Source: Octopus sinensis | Taxonomy: Eukaryota | DNA: 64,000 bases | Direction: 5' to 3' | Assembly (NCBI RefSeq): GCF_006345805.1 | Contig: NC_043008.1 | Coordinates: 16,740,001 to 16,804,000, forward strand | Part shown: positions 25,731-40,020 of the stretch, piece by piece | How the letters are laid out: each line of letters starts with the position of its first letter | Numbering within the stretch: position 1 is the stretch's first letter | The notes under the pieces: model-generated | What the model was told of the DNA's origin: nothing | The model's input: the letters and a program-made list of their open reading frames with translations, nothing else | Database searches by the model: none | Position numbers and translations under genes: made by a program

Positions 25731-26584
25731 GATGGTAGATAGTTGCCACAATAGCTAAACAATTAATCCAGTAACTTCACACAATACGTTTTTACAAAGT
25801 AGACTGGAGAATCAGCTGTCTAACAAATATGATATTCAAACCATTCGTAGTAATGTTTCTGAAAAGACAGTGTTTACATAAAATTTCTCGTTTCATATTT
25901 CCAATAAATATGGGACATTATAACTAATCAGAAAACGAAAGAAGAAATAGCAAAAACATATTCATTGTAACATGGGGAAAAAAAGTCGAAATATAAAATA
26001 TTTTACCGGCAATTATTGTTACTATTTTCAATTGTGCAATTATTATCTAACTCACAGAGACGATATAGTAATTTTTCGTAATGTATTTTTAAACTGTATT
26101 GTAATCTGAATAAAACATTTGCTCCTCCTTGTTAAGAATTTGTTTAAAAAATCTAACAGAGCATCTCACGTGATGTCTGTTAATTATATTGCCTCATTCC
26201 TATACTCTTACGATAAAATTTACACCACATTGAAAAGTAAAATACGAATAAACAAAAATTTAATTTACATTAAAACGAAATGCTGAAAATAGATTTCAAT
26301 TTTCGGTTCCGAGTCTTACATTGTATCTTGGTGTTTTTTCATCATAATTCTTCTTCATTTCTCTGCTTTTATTTTCATTAGGATAAAGGCACCCAAAGAA
26401 TTAAGCATTATCTAAGGTATTGATTTTTTTCAGTTAAATTTGAAACTCAGCTAGAAAAGAATAGGAAGATTTCGTATTTTCATTAGATTCATTCATTCAA
26501 TACACACTTGATTCTGTATTAGTTAATGTGCGTGTGTATCTTAGGATATACATTCAAACACACGTAGGCACTTCCATATATATG

Positions 26585-26795
26585 TAGCGAGAGTTTACGA
26601 AAAAAGCAAAAGGCGAAGACAGGTGGTGTACAAAACAAACAGATGTATTAGTATAACGCTCAGGAATAGAAAAAAGTATTTTACGTTTCGAGTCTACGCT
26701 CTTCTACAGAAAGGGACATAGAAGAAAACAAGGAGAAAAACAAATGCGTGTAGTGGCTAACGATCTATCATGGCGACTGACTTCGGACAGAAGCG
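26585..26795 (-). mobile_element. Penelope-like 3'-end fragment (same family as 4425-4648) with hammerhead-like motif
   Basis: Minus strand CTTTCTGTAGAAGAGCGTAGACTCGAAACGTAAAA at about 26713-26679; same terminal CCACCTG.CTTCG.CTTTTG..TTTTC.TAAA; ends in a TA tract. Confidence 0.6.
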
Positions 26796-26831
26796 TCGCG
26801 CACGGGAACGAAGAAGTAGGGGAGATGTATG

Positions 26832-26884
<53 letters not shown>

Positions 26885-27397
26885 ATTTATATATATATAT
26901 ATATACATGAAGGTGTGTATATATGAAGGAAATGGGACGTGTATAATCACTACTTCTCTCGATGTATATTCTGTTAAACAGAATTAGTTTTCGTACGACT
27001 CAATGACTCGAGTTTTACACAATAAAAATTGCAGATTTTTCTCTGTTTCTTTTCGCAATGTAAGAGATACGAATGCAAAATATTGCCAACTGAGAGAGAT
27101 CTATCTATTTCTCATATATAAATACATTTTAGGAATACATTTTTTGATGGGCTACAATCTTATTTACCTGCATCATTATGCTCACAAATATACATTTGAT
27201 AAATTAATGGAAGCATTGTATTTGTGAGTAGTTTTGTTTTCCTAAATAAATAGAGTTACGATCTTTTTGAATGACTTTTATTAACGTTATGTATGACTGT
27301 TTCCTTTTGAGATTTGATAGCCATTGTTTTTATCTTACTTTAGAGTCAAATTACGCGTAATTTCATTTACAACTGTTAGTTCAGTTTCAATTTTGAG

Positions 27398-28435
27398 ATG
27401 GAGTACAAACACGGACATTTTCGACATTTTAAGCTTTTTTGTTTCCGTAAATGCAAGAAAGCTGCTGAGGCTAACAAAGGGATATGTGAAGTTTATGGTG
27501 TTGATTGCTTAACAGAATGGAAATGTCAGAGACGGATTAAAGAAGTCCGATCTGGAGATTTTTCACTCAAAGATGACCAACGATTTGGTCGACCTACGAA
27601 AGTTGATTACGACTGAATCATAGCCATAACTGAATCTGATTGTCATATGTGCGGGAGATTGAAGTGAGGTTAAATGTATCACACACAACAACTGAAAATC
27701 ACTTTAAATGTCTTGGACTCGTTAAGAAGCTCGATATTTGGGTTCCACATAAATTGAAATAGATTCACTTAACATGAAGAATCAATATTTACGATAAGCA
27801 GCTCAAATATAATGAAATCGAATCATTACTGGTGGTGACAAATGGAATGTCTACAATCACATCTATCGAAAACGATCAAAGTCCAAGCTTTATGAGCCAG
27901 CACAAAGCATATCGAAAGCTATATTGCATAAAATGAAATGGCCATGCTGTCAATTTGATGGGATTGTAAAGATGTTGTTTATTTTGAGATACTTCCAAGG
28001 AACCAAATGATCAATTCAATGTTTACTGTCAACCACTAATGGAACTGAAGGAAGCAATTACATGAAAACCGCCAGAATTGACAAATCGTAAAGTAACCGT
28101 GTTCCATCATGACAAAGCTACACCAAATACGTCTTTGCTAATTTGTGAAAAATTATTGGAGCTAGGTTGGGAAGAGGTGTCACATCCAACATATAGCTCT
28201 AATGTAATAGTAGCACATTACAATTTATTTCGAAGTTTGCAAAATCCTTTGAAAGATAAAACATTTAATAATGATGTTAACCTGAAATCCCACTTCCGTT
28301 TTTGCCTGATAAGGACCAGAAGTTCTATGAGCGCAGAATCATGAAGTTGCTTAAAAGATGGCAAAAGGTTATCGAACAAAATGGAAAATATATAATTAAT
28401 TAATGTTCATTAATTACTTTGTTGCCAACCGAGTA
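27398..28435 (+). pseudogene. Mariner (D,D34D) transposase pseudogene, near full length, with right TIR
   Basis: HTH N-terminus (FCFRKCKKAAEANKGICEVYG..SGDFSLKDDQRFGRP), WVPHKL at about 27740, ITGGDKWNVYN at 27825, VFHHDKATP, HPTYSSNV (YSPD decayed), and FYERRIMKLLKRWQKVIEQNGKYIIN* ending 28403. Many stops and frameshifts. TIR-like AATTACTTTGTTGCCAACC 28412-28430. Left TIR not found. Confidence 0.92.
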
Positions 28436-30799
28436 TATTCAAGAAACATAACAGATAAGAGTTTACTATGTATACTTTGCTGGATAACATTATGATCGAT
28501 GCATTTGTCGTGAACAATATAAATAAGTTACATAAAATAAGTGAAAGATGGTGAGTTACCAACTCGTTGTGACAAATATCATAGTTTCATCTTGCCAGCT
28601 TTGTGGTTCTCTCTATTGGAGTTGAATTTTCCGGCTTTGCTAAATGTTAGTCAGCATCTAAAATCTGTCAAAATGTTAGGCGGAAATACTCACTGCATTA
28701 CTTTGAAGATTGTCACGTCAACTGCATGTGCTCTGAATGGTCGTTAACACCTTTTATGAGAACACCTTTATGCGTTAACACCTTTTATGAAAACTCTTTT
28801 CCTTTTATGGAGATGCACTATCGCGATACATAGATTTAGAAGGGAAAATTCTGAGAGCTATGGTTCAAATCTCAGCTGGGTCTCATTGCATAAGAATATC
28901 TAACTGCCATTAAGATTACACTCATCTTAACTCCCTCCTTAAATATGTCTCCATTGATTTTATATAGACTGATATTTGATAGATATATGGGTGCTGTGTC
29001 AGGTAGGGTCAATTTACTTTCCGATGCACCCTATACTGTCCATTGGAACAAGCACTGTCGCTAAGATTTAAAGAAATGGCATGCATTAAAATTGTCTCTC
29101 CTCACTGACATATTTGGAAAGAACTAGATAAGATTCAATGACGTAGATAAATCCAATCGGTTCACTGGTTTTTGCCGATAAATATGTCCGGAAGGATTAC
29201 ACTCCTTGTTGGTCACTGAAATATATGGTATCGAAGCGAATGGAATGTTATAGATATGTACAAGCTTCGTGTATACTATCTTATTGATATTCAGTCACTG
29301 AAGATCACATTTCACCCAGTCGATATGTATCTTCATGAGATACATTTACGAAAAGGAATTCTACGATCCCCCTTCGCTCTACTTTTGGCATTTTTACCAT
29401 TAACAAATGCCTCAAGAATAATATTCATGTCATTTTCTGAAGACGCACGGAGGCACATATTTTTACTAAGAGCATGTTGCTTTATAAACCTCTCAGCACT
29501 GGATAGTTACTTCGTTTTATCAAAATTATAAGGTATAAATCTATAGTGAACCGTTGTGGTATTCGAACTCGGAGAGTACAATACGTGTGTATAATCGAAA
29601 AGACATCTTATCCGATGATATTAAGTGTCTTTCAATCCACCATACTCGATATCTTTCATAATATAATTGCTATATTTTTCTATAAACCACAATATATATT
29701 TTGTGTTAAAGCGGAAATTGGATATAGAAAAATTCATTACACACACAAACACACATCTGTATGTATGTATAAAACATGTGTTTACCTCGTTGTTGATGGA
29801 CATATATATATTAGTTAATAGGATTGGTATACGTCTTTCCTATGATCGAAATTATAGATACAAGGTGAAATAAGATTATGTTACGTTCTTTTTACGATGT
29901 TAAATAGGATTGATAACATATGAGTGAGTAATTGATACATAAGCTGAAAGCACGTTCAGAGATGTTTTATATCCAGTTGTTCGGTGCTTAATTATCAGTT
30001 ACTAAAATTATCATATGAACATTTTCCCGAATATACAGGAATGGAATTGATATCGTTCACCAGGCAGGCTATTAGCTAACCAACTGGAGTGGAGACTCTC
30101 CAAGTCGGAAATGAAACTGCTTTCTCCATTTTGACTTGGTAAATGCTTTAATTCTTGCTCGAAGTTGCATTCTGATGAAATAAACAGCTATTCCTTCCAT
30201 TGACAGAAGGCAATATAGAGATAAACTGATAACCATTCGTGGATATTGATTGAATATTGTGAATAATATCATATACATTCATATACAAGTTTACAATATG
30301 GACACCCGAGTAGGATTAGAGTTCAGACAACGATAGGGAAAAAATCTAGAAGATTACACAGTCAATTTAGCGATTATTTTCAGTGTTTTGCATACTGAAT
30401 GAGTAGTAGCAGAGTTTAGAATTATTGCCAAATAAGTGATTATATGGTTAGCTGCACATTTTACTATTCACTGACATAATCAAAAATACATATATGGTTT
30501 TATTGGACTTGAATCCAATTCAAAGAATCTAAACGAGGGTATTTTGTAAGCTGGGTTGGTTTCAATAGTTGAATCATTTTTCCCTTTCATTGCTAAAATA
30601 TGAAAGGAAAAAAAAGCAAGGTTTCTTTCATGTTGACGATTGCTAAAACGCCACTGAACGCTGTTATCAATCACCAACGCTTAAGGAAAATCAACATTAA
30701 CACTGTCCTTCTATTTATTCCGTTCAAATATCGTCATCCTTGCCTTTACATCATAAATAACATACAGAATCGATGTTTATAACATTAGGTGATGTAATG

Positions 30800-30821
30800 T
30801 TTATTATTATTATCATTATTA

Positions 30822-30854
<33 letters not shown>

Positions 30855-30998
30855 GAGAATTGTTAATACGCCGGATAGAATGTTTAGCGGCGTTTCTTCG
30901 GGCTTTAGGTTCTGAGTTCAAATTCCGCCGAGGTCGACTTTCCTCTACAATCTTTCGGTTCGATAAAATAAGTACCGGTTGAGCACTAGCATTTATTT

Positions 30999-31077
<79 letters not shown>

Positions 31078-31078
31078 A

Positions 31079-31111
<33 letters not shown>

Positions 31112-31216
31112 CAGCAGCAGCAGCAGTAGTAGAAGTAGTAGTAGTAATAGTAGTAGTGGCAGCAGCAACAGCAGCAGCAGCAGCAGTAGTAGGTGTAGTA
31201 GTAGTAGTAGTAGTAA

Positions 31217-31256
<40 letters not shown>

Positions 31257-31260
31257 TGTT
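30800..31260. repeat. (TAT)n and (TAG/CAG)n microsatellites flanking a SINE family 1 fragment (30856-30992, +)
   Basis: GAGTTCAAATTCCGCCGAGGTCGACTTT..TTTCGGTTCGATAAAATAAGTACC lies between the repeats. Confidence 0.8.
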
Positions 31261-31569
31261 GTTGTACAATTAGCAACATAATTACTTTTGTTTGCCTCGA
31301 GGGCATCTATAGAGGAAATTAAAATTACACTTTGTAATGAGTGAGGGTGCTGGCATAAAAGAAAAGTAGAATGGATTTGAGGGGATTATATATACTTATA
31401 CGATCTATATTTAATATAAAAATATTTTCATCCATGGCTGTAGCATGTAGAATCGTTAGCATGCTGATGTTGAACAAAAACACCCATGATCCAGAGGTGA
31501 ATTATCCAAACCTCAGATCATTTAAGATGAGAAGCCATGAAAGCCACTGCCTGGTACTGCATCAGTGCA

Positions 31570-31573
31570 TATT

Positions 31574-31604
<31 letters not shown>

Positions 31605-31613
31605 TATTATTAT

Positions 31614-31655
<42 letters not shown>

Positions 31656-31669
31656 CAGTAGTAGTAGCG

Positions 31670-31745
<76 letters not shown>
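31570..31745. repeat. Compound microsatellite (TAT)n-(TAG)n-(CAG)n-(TAG)n
   Basis: Direct reading. Confidence 0.95.
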
Positions 31746-31746
<1 letters not shown>

Positions 31747-32820
31747 TTTAATGGAAAGCAGCATTCATACCCATTTTTCTTTCTTAGCTCTATTCAGAAA
31801 GACGAAAAAAACAAACTAGCTGATTGCTCTATAGAAATATAATAATGAAAATCTAGCAAAAAGAGAACGAACGTAATTGAATGTCGAATATCAAATGTAT
31901 TTCATTGTCAATTTGCTCCAGACAGACTTCCATGTTTATATCAAAACGGAAATATCATAAACATATACAGCTTACTATACACATGGTTCTAGGTGCAATG
32001 CAGTCTATGTCAATGGCTTAACATTTATATCTATAAAAACTGAAATTTTATTTTGTGTAGTTAAATAAATTTAAACGCCCGCATTGAATTCGAGTTGGGA
32101 CTTTTCTCAAAACGGAATTGCATGTGTTTGAATTGATTGCATTCTGACTACGTAGACCCGAAATTTGATTTCAAGAACGATGTTTCAGTGTTGCTTTTGC
32201 TGTTTATATTGTTGTTGGTGATGATGTTTCGCATCGAATTATGCGTGTTTGAGAAAACTTACCTAAGAAAATATATAAGACATTTTTGTTGTATCACTTG
32301 CGAATGGCGAAGAAGTGACTTTTAGACACGGATTAATTAGCCGAATGGTTAATCAAACAATTGAATATTTTAACCGGATAGATTGTTAACCAATTCAGAA
32401 ATATATAATGAAGAAGTGACATAGAACAAGTGCGTGTGGTTATTATTGGTATAATGACCGTCACGAGATACAGCAAAATATGTTTCAATACATGACGTTG
32501 CATCACGTATATTTCAAACCTAATACCGAAAATATCAGTGATCAAACATCGTACATCATGGAATATAATATGCAATGTGTCCTTCGTTTCTTTAATAAGA
32601 TATTTGATAAGAGAGTTGAATTGCTGCTGTTTGTGCGGCGTTGTTTCTGATTGGAAGTACTAATATATAGCTTTCTGGGTATACAGACGTGTATATACCT
32701 TTTGAAGTATATACCCAACGTATTGCATTCTAGGTTTCTTTCCTTTTTTCTAAGCTGCTGCATTCCAGAGTAGTAGTAGTAGTAGTATTAGTATTAGTAG
32801 TAGTAGTAGTAGTAGTAGTA

Positions 32821-32856
<36 letters not shown>

Positions 32857-32964
32857 CAATTTTCTCTTTGCGTATATCATGTATGTCGTCTTAGAATATT
32901 GTTAAAATCATTAACAATAGAAAAAATTAATAACCTGAAATTACAATACGTAAGTTAATTTTTA

Positions 32965-33095
32965 CTTCCGAAGTCGACTCCGCCTTTATTCATTTGAAGG
33001 TCGATAAAATAAGTTCCATGTTGAGCACTGGGTCGATGTAATCGACTTACACTCTCCGAAAACCTTGTTGGCTTTCTACCAATATATGAAACCAA
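32965..33095 (+). mobile_element. SINE family 1, 3' fragment
   Basis: GTCGACTCCGCCTTTATTCATTTGAAGGTCGATAAAATAAGT..CACTGGGTCGATGTAATCGACTTA. Confidence 0.65.
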
Positions 33096-35500
33096 TATTT
33101 AACCTAATTCATTCAGTGGTTACTTTCTGTGCAGCTTGACACACACCGCTATGGTTTTCAAATGTAATAAGTATCAATTAGAGATAGAGCAAAAAAAATA
33201 TATATCGCACACTTATATGCTTTCTACACTTATATAATTTCTATGCTATTATGTCCAGAAAAAGTATGAATTTTACTTATACTGCATTTTAGATTTTACG
33301 AAGAGTACGAAAGTATATAAAATTCCCTGTCGTGCAAGATCGTTCTTTGTTAGAAATATGTTAAACACGCATATAAGCATACAAACATAATAAAGCATAC
33401 AAACATAATAAATACAACGTTAGATAAATAGATAGAGAGAGAGACAGGCAGACCAACAGAGATACGTACATACATATGTACATGTATACGCATGCATATA
33501 TATATATGTATTAGAATACTGTCATTATGTTATATTTATACAGATTTGAATAAATTCATTGTCCTTGACAGTCTGGTTTATAATTCGACCTAACTAATGA
33601 ACGGTGAAATTACTGTCTCGGATTTCTCTTCATATTTATGAATCGTCAAAGTTAATGGCTGGTAAATTATTCTTTTAATTTACGAATATGAATAGTAACA
33701 CCAATGTAACAAATAAGTGTGGGTAATAATAATAATAAAAAAAGTTGAATTTAACATTTATGAAATAAAATCTCGCATATAAATGAGTGTCTATAAAGCA
33801 TGTTTGTTAAACCATTTAATGAGTATTAAATGAAAACTTAACATAATCATTCATCATAGCTGTACTTCTTATATGACACTAATTAAACTGGGAAGAGAGA
33901 GATTGATATCAGACTTCTTAAAACACATCTAGGTTTGAATGTACTCTAATATGTTAAACAACACACATAGGTAACTAATTTGAAACCAATGATCAGAAGC
34001 ATAACATGTTCTTGAATTCAATAAACTACATTACTCTACACCATGTTTTCCTTTGTTTAGCTTTTATAATATTGATTTTTTTTCACTACTCTTCAATATG
34101 TAGGATGACATTAAAAACATATAAATGCAATGTCTATACTTGTTTACACATGTACTTATTAGTTTATCTTATATATATATATATATATACATATAGGTGT
34201 CTATGTGTGTTTACAATGAAAAAAGAAGCGTATTGAAAGAAAATGAAAACATCTTTAGATGTTTTAATATTCTCTTGAGTGATATGCCAAATAAACACCG
34301 AAAAAAAAAGCACTATGCTATAATTTTTATTAACTTTCAACTAAACTTTTATTTTGCAATTCATATCAAACATGGATAATATTCGTGTTTTCTTTTTTTT
34401 TTATATATACAATAGAGAAAGCCAATACAGAAACTTTAAAATTATATAAAATATTGCTAAAGAAAACGTTTTATAGATTCCCTTACACTAAATTATATAA
34501 CAAAACAGAGTTTACGAATATCAACCTTGTAAGTAGAGGCTGTGGGTTTTTGAAAACCGCATGAATTGGAATATAATTATAAATTCTGCGAAAACAATAT
34601 AAGTTTAAATGAAACTGGAGGACACTGTAATAACATAACATCAAAGATTGTTTTCTTTCTTCTCTATTTTCATACCCTCTCAGAAGAAAACACATCAAAA
34701 TAAATTTCGAATGGAGAATAATATTATACTTCATGAGGAAGTTATTTTAAGTTGACTGCCCTGTATTATCGATTTAGATAACTGAGCGAAAACGTGGTTT
34801 TATAGTTTATTTACCGTAGAGGTAAACTAACGCTGACCTTCTCTGATATGAAACGAGTAAGGTGCCTCACACGCTATGTTGTTAAAAGTTTGACATCCAT
34901 ATTCCCTTGAACCTTGTCTGCAATACATCTTGACCAAAAGTTAAATACTTGAACAGAAAATCTAATTCTAGTACATTGATATATACATCTGAAAGATAAC
35001 AGACAAAAACAAATCAGTTTGTGTTAGGAAAATGAGTTCAAAATAATTGTGTTTTGTTAAGCTTTTGATGACTCATGTATTTAATCCGATTTCATTTTAC
35101 ATTAACAGAAACACCAATTAAATTCTGTAGCCTACATTTTTGGATGTGATTCTTCTGTTCCCCAATATAAAGTTAATAGCGTTAATCATCGATCGTTGAT
35201 TATCTCTTTGCAAACAAATTCACTCAGAAAATTAAACTGGTTGATATTTGTTTATTTCATATTTTTTGTTACTGATTAGTTTTTTTTTTTTATGGCTTTA
35301 ATGTTTGTTTCCCTGAATAGGAAATTAAATGGATTGACAAATAATGTTCTGTGTATTCGATATGCATTTTGCCACTGAACATCACATCAAGGCAATTCGA
35401 GAAAAGGTAAGAGACATCTGCATCTACCGTGAAAATGGAACCAGAATTATTGTAAAAGTAAAAGAGAAATTCAAAGAAAGATTTGAATTCCTCTCTATAC

Positions 35501-36070
35501 TTATTTCTTTACTACCCACAAGGGGCTAAACACAGAGAGGACAAACAAGGACAGACAAACGGAATTTGAACTCAGACAAATAAGGAGAGACAAACAGATT
35601 AAGTCGATTATATCGACCCCAGTGCGTAACTAGTACTTATTTAATCGACGCCGAAAGGATGAAAGACAAAGTCGACCTCGGCGGAATTTGAACTAAGAAC
35701 GTAGCGGCAGACGAAATACACATTTCTTTACTACCCACAAGGGGCTAAACACAGAGAGGACAAACAAGGACAGACACACGGATTAAGTTGATTATATCGA
35801 CCCCAGTGCGTAACTGGTACTTATTTATCGACCCCGAAAGGGTGAAAGGCAAAGTCGGCCTCGACGGAATTTGAACTCGAACAAGGACAGACAAGCGGAT
35901 TAAGTCGATTATATCGACTCCAGTGCGTAACTGGTACTTATTTAATTGACCCCGAAAGGATGAAAGACAAAGTCGACATCGGCGGAATTTGAACTCATAA
36001 CGTAGCGGCAGACGAAATACCGCTAAGCATTTCGCCCGGCGTGCTAACGTTTCTGCCAGCTCACCGCCTT
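35501..36070 (-). mobile_element. SINE family 1 head-to-tail partial multimer within one 14-bp TSD
   Basis: ATTCCTCTCTATAC at 35487-35500 and 36071-36084; one head (36070) and three core copies (GTCGATTATATCGAC-like at about 35603, 35787, 35904). Confidence 0.85.
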
Positions 36071-36424
36071 ATTCCTCTCTATACCAAGCACAAATTCTCT
36101 GTATAGAAAATTAGCGGAGGTCGAAGACAGTATGAACTAATGTAGTTTGTGTTAACCTTATTTATTGCTCATACTTCATATCATCAATCACGTATAAATT
36201 TGTTCTGCCATTTAATGTGTAAATATATATTTCTTACGATATTATTTCTAACATCAAACTAAATACTTGCAGAGAAACGGAAATTTAGGTGGTAAATGTT
36301 GCCAAACTATTTCGTTTATGAGCTCGTACTTATAAAAAAAATCATATGTAACAATAATAGAATAGAATGCAAAAGAAGACTGTTAGGTTTGTATTCGTTT
36401 ATTCTTTTACATGATTCAGTAATT

Positions 36425-36782
36425 TGATTGCGGCAATGCTGGCGGACGACTTTAAAGGGATTTAGTCGAAGAAATCGACCCTAAGACATATTCTTTGTAA
36501 GCCTAGTACAAACCGGTAGGTTATGGGGATGTAGACACGCCAACATCGATTGTCAAGCGACGGTGGAGGGACAAACTCAGAACAAAGACATGCAAATAAA
36601 TAAATAAATAATATGTGTATATATACGACGGCTTTCTTCGTTTCCGTTTACCAAATCTATTCCCAAGGCTTTGATCAGCCGAGGTTATAGTACAAAACAG
36701 TTGCCCAAGTTTCCACGCATTGGGACAGAACCAAGAATCATGTGGTTGAGGAGCAAACCTATTACCACACAGCCACGCCTGC
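36425..36782 (-). mobile_element. SINE family 2 (full length, diverged)
   Basis: Reverse complement of head GGCGTGGCTGTGTGGTAA and of the tail. Confidence 0.75.
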
Positions 36783-37089
36783 GGCTGTATGTAAGAGAAG
36801 CTCAAACCGTCTTGAATTGGCTAGATGAAAACCTAGAATCACCTATAAAACGTATCTGACCACTCAAAGAGAAGTACGCTATGTAGTCCTACTTGAAGAA
36901 CATTTAGTATTATGCTTTAGTTTGTTTTCAGTTGTAAACAAAACGTCGTTGGAAGAGAGTAAGACTGATGAATTTAATGTGTGCTGGTTTCAATACGTTA
37001 GCATAAGATGTTTGTGATTTTTTAACAACAGGTAAGACCTAACAGAAGAGACATGATATCATAAACCTTCCAGCCGTGAACATTCCACT

Positions 37090-37950
37090 TTTCCTCTAAA
37101 GTTCATGATAGATACGTTCTCAGATAGTACTTTCATAGGTTGCTATCAGAAGCAGGCTCTAGCAAATATTTCCACCGTTTTACCAAGCGATACTGAAAAA
37201 AAGTATGGATATAATACAATCATTTAGCTCGCGGTCTGCTCCTAGGTCCCCCGCAATCTTTTACTCGTGCTTTTCAATTCCATATCCATTGTTGCAAAGC
37301 AGTATATTCAATGCAGAGAGGCTGTACCTTAGTGTACATCGAATTCTTGATATCTCATTTGCACACCCTATCGAATAAATTTACTCCAGTGACGCTTACA
37401 TGGAAAATTAGAACATTCGTAAAGGAACAAAAAGGAAACAGTAAGGAGCTTGTCAATTGCAAATTCTGCAAAACTTTGTAAAATGTCCATGACACGAAAT
37501 TACACGCCCTTTTTAAATCCACTAAGTGAAGATTTCCTGCAAGTGTTACCGGGATTTCTTGAATTCTTCCTGGAGTGGAAATATTTGGCTGGCTGTGATG
37601 CCTGCAGGATGAAAGTCACACTTTCTGTCAGCGAACTTACTCTCAACTATATTTCTGTATCTCTTCCCCAAACACCTAGATTAGCCTTTACATTTAACAA
37701 GAATTTTCTTTAATTAGAGCAATCATTTGCCTCCCTTAAAAATAAAGATATCATCATTGTTTTATTTTTTGCATTTTCTGAGAGATCAAAGCCTCAAAGC
37801 AATCACCAGTATATTGGACAGGGTTTCCTCCTTTCCATTGACCTTGATAGCACCATTTTGGATATTTGGTGTGGATATTTGCCTGTGAGTTTTCAGAGCC
37901 AAAACCGAAATCAAAACGTCCGAATGCACCTCAGCTTTCTCGAAATAGTG
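37090..37950 (-). pseudogene. RTE-clade LINE ORF relic with large internal deletions
   Basis: Minus-strand peptides in the expected order: CLGKRYRNIVESKFADRKCDFHPAGITASQIFPLQEEFKKS (cf. QCGFRPGRSTTDQIF), LVDLKRACNFVSW (cf. FVDLEKAYDRV), GPRSRPRAK*LYYIH (cf. RPRGRPRTRWLDYI), LLEPASDSNL*KYYLR. Confidence 0.65.
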
Positions 37951-38949
37951 GACAGTAGTAATTAATGAATACAGTATTTGACATTTGGTGGGTCAATGGA
38001 CTAAACACGTTTTGTAATTTATTTCATCGCAATAAGATTTGATATAAATCGATTCAGATTTGATAAAATAAGTAACAGTAACTCGCTAGAGTGAAACGAC
38101 TGGTTAACCCGCGTTAACCAAGACAAGATGTTTGTATGTCTATGTAAGAAATCAATGATACAGTAATTCTCTTACTTTTGTGTCAAAGAATTAATAAGAG
38201 GTATTTTCACAGATATTTAAATGATCTATTGATTGCTTACACGTACACGACGGTACATGAGGCGGCGTGATATACATGCTATTGTGAAAGCAAAAAAAAA
38301 AGCAGACACAATCTTGAAACGACTTTGATTTCTTATAAATAATGAGTACTGTAATAAATTTGAGAATACCTGGTAGTATCGTATTGATTGTGAAGCTTTA
38401 TATGGCTAAAGAAACATAGAGTAAAAAGTCTTTAATTTCACTCCTATCGAATTACAGCATTGAAAGGCTTAAAATCAAAAGCAGAAAACCGTGCATTTGA
38501 AGTAAATTCCATTATGATACAAACTGTTGCAAGCGAATTGAAAGACACGTTTTTTTTTCTCTTTGTTGGTGAAAGGTAGTTTACACTTAGAATAGATCCA
38601 GTATCATATATCAGTTATAATGGCGAAATCGAAAGCTTAATGGAATATACACATATATGTGTGTATACCTACGTACATGTATAAATATATGTGCGTATGA
38701 ACACAAACACGCTCACATAAATATATATACACAAGCATACACACAACACAAAAGCACATAAATGAACATATATCTATGCATTTATGCATGCGTATACACG
38801 TATATACATATTTTGCTTGCATATGTAGGTATGTATACGTTTATGCAATTATATAATACGCATGTATACTGATACTATATATATATTGCATAAGTAAAGC
38901 TATTTATAGATCGTGTTCCTCTAATTCATCATGAAGAAAACACACAGGC

Positions 38950-38973
38950 ACACACATATATATATATATACAA

Positions 38974-39015
<42 letters not shown>

Positions 39016-39121
39016 ATATATGTATGAATATATATAATATATATTATATATACGTATGAATATAATATATATATATACATATATATATATACATATATGT
39101 ATTTATGTATATATATTAATA

Positions 39122-39164
<43 letters not shown>

Positions 39165-39186
39165 TATATCTGTGTGTGTGCGTAGA

Positions 39187-39230
<44 letters not shown>

Positions 39231-39355
39231 TATATATACATATGCATATATATACATGTATGTATATATATATATATATCTATATATATATATTATATAT
39301 ATAATATATATTATATATATATATATATTATATAATATATATATATTATATATAT

Positions 39356-39406
<51 letters not shown>

Positions 39407-39809
39407 ATATATATATATTATATATATATATATATATGCATGCATATATATATGCATACATGCATTTATATATATGTGTGTTTGTGTGTGTGTGTATGAA
39501 ATCACGTGTATACGTGGATGTTATCTGTATTATATTATTATTAGTAGTATGAATATTATTAGTTTTACTACTGATTTTGAAAACATTCCTTTTTTTTTTG
39601 TTTTTTTGTTGTTGTTTGTTTTTTTGTGTGCATGGTTTATGCAGAGATTGATCTCCGTTATAAAGATAGCCCTGAGCAAGATAGAACTCTATAGAACAGA
39701 AATGAAAATATCAAAAGTAGGAAATGTAGTGGCGGGAAAATATATGAATCGGGGAATAAAAACATCTGCATGTCTCTTTACGTTAGGAAATAAGCAGTAG
39801 CAAGGCGGA

Positions 39810-39848
<39 letters not shown>

Positions 39849-39914
39849 TATAGATATATATATATAATATATATATATATAATATAATATATATATATAT
39901 TATATATATATAAT

Positions 39915-39995
<81 letters not shown>

Positions 39996-40020
39996 TATAT
40001 ATATATATATATTATATATG
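38950..40020. repeat. Long degenerate (TA)n tracts
   Basis: Direct reading; source of the YI/IY ORFs. Confidence 0.95.

Noticed and set aside
28745-28810. Short repeat AACACCTTT(T)ATG x3 as a CRISPR-like array
   Set aside because: Tiny tandem with no spacers, in eukaryotic context with no cas genes.
29350-29510. 58-codon open frame on the minus strand (LSSAERFIKQHAL...) as a possible exon
   Set aside because: No polypyrimidine tract at the putative acceptor and no recognisable protein similarity.
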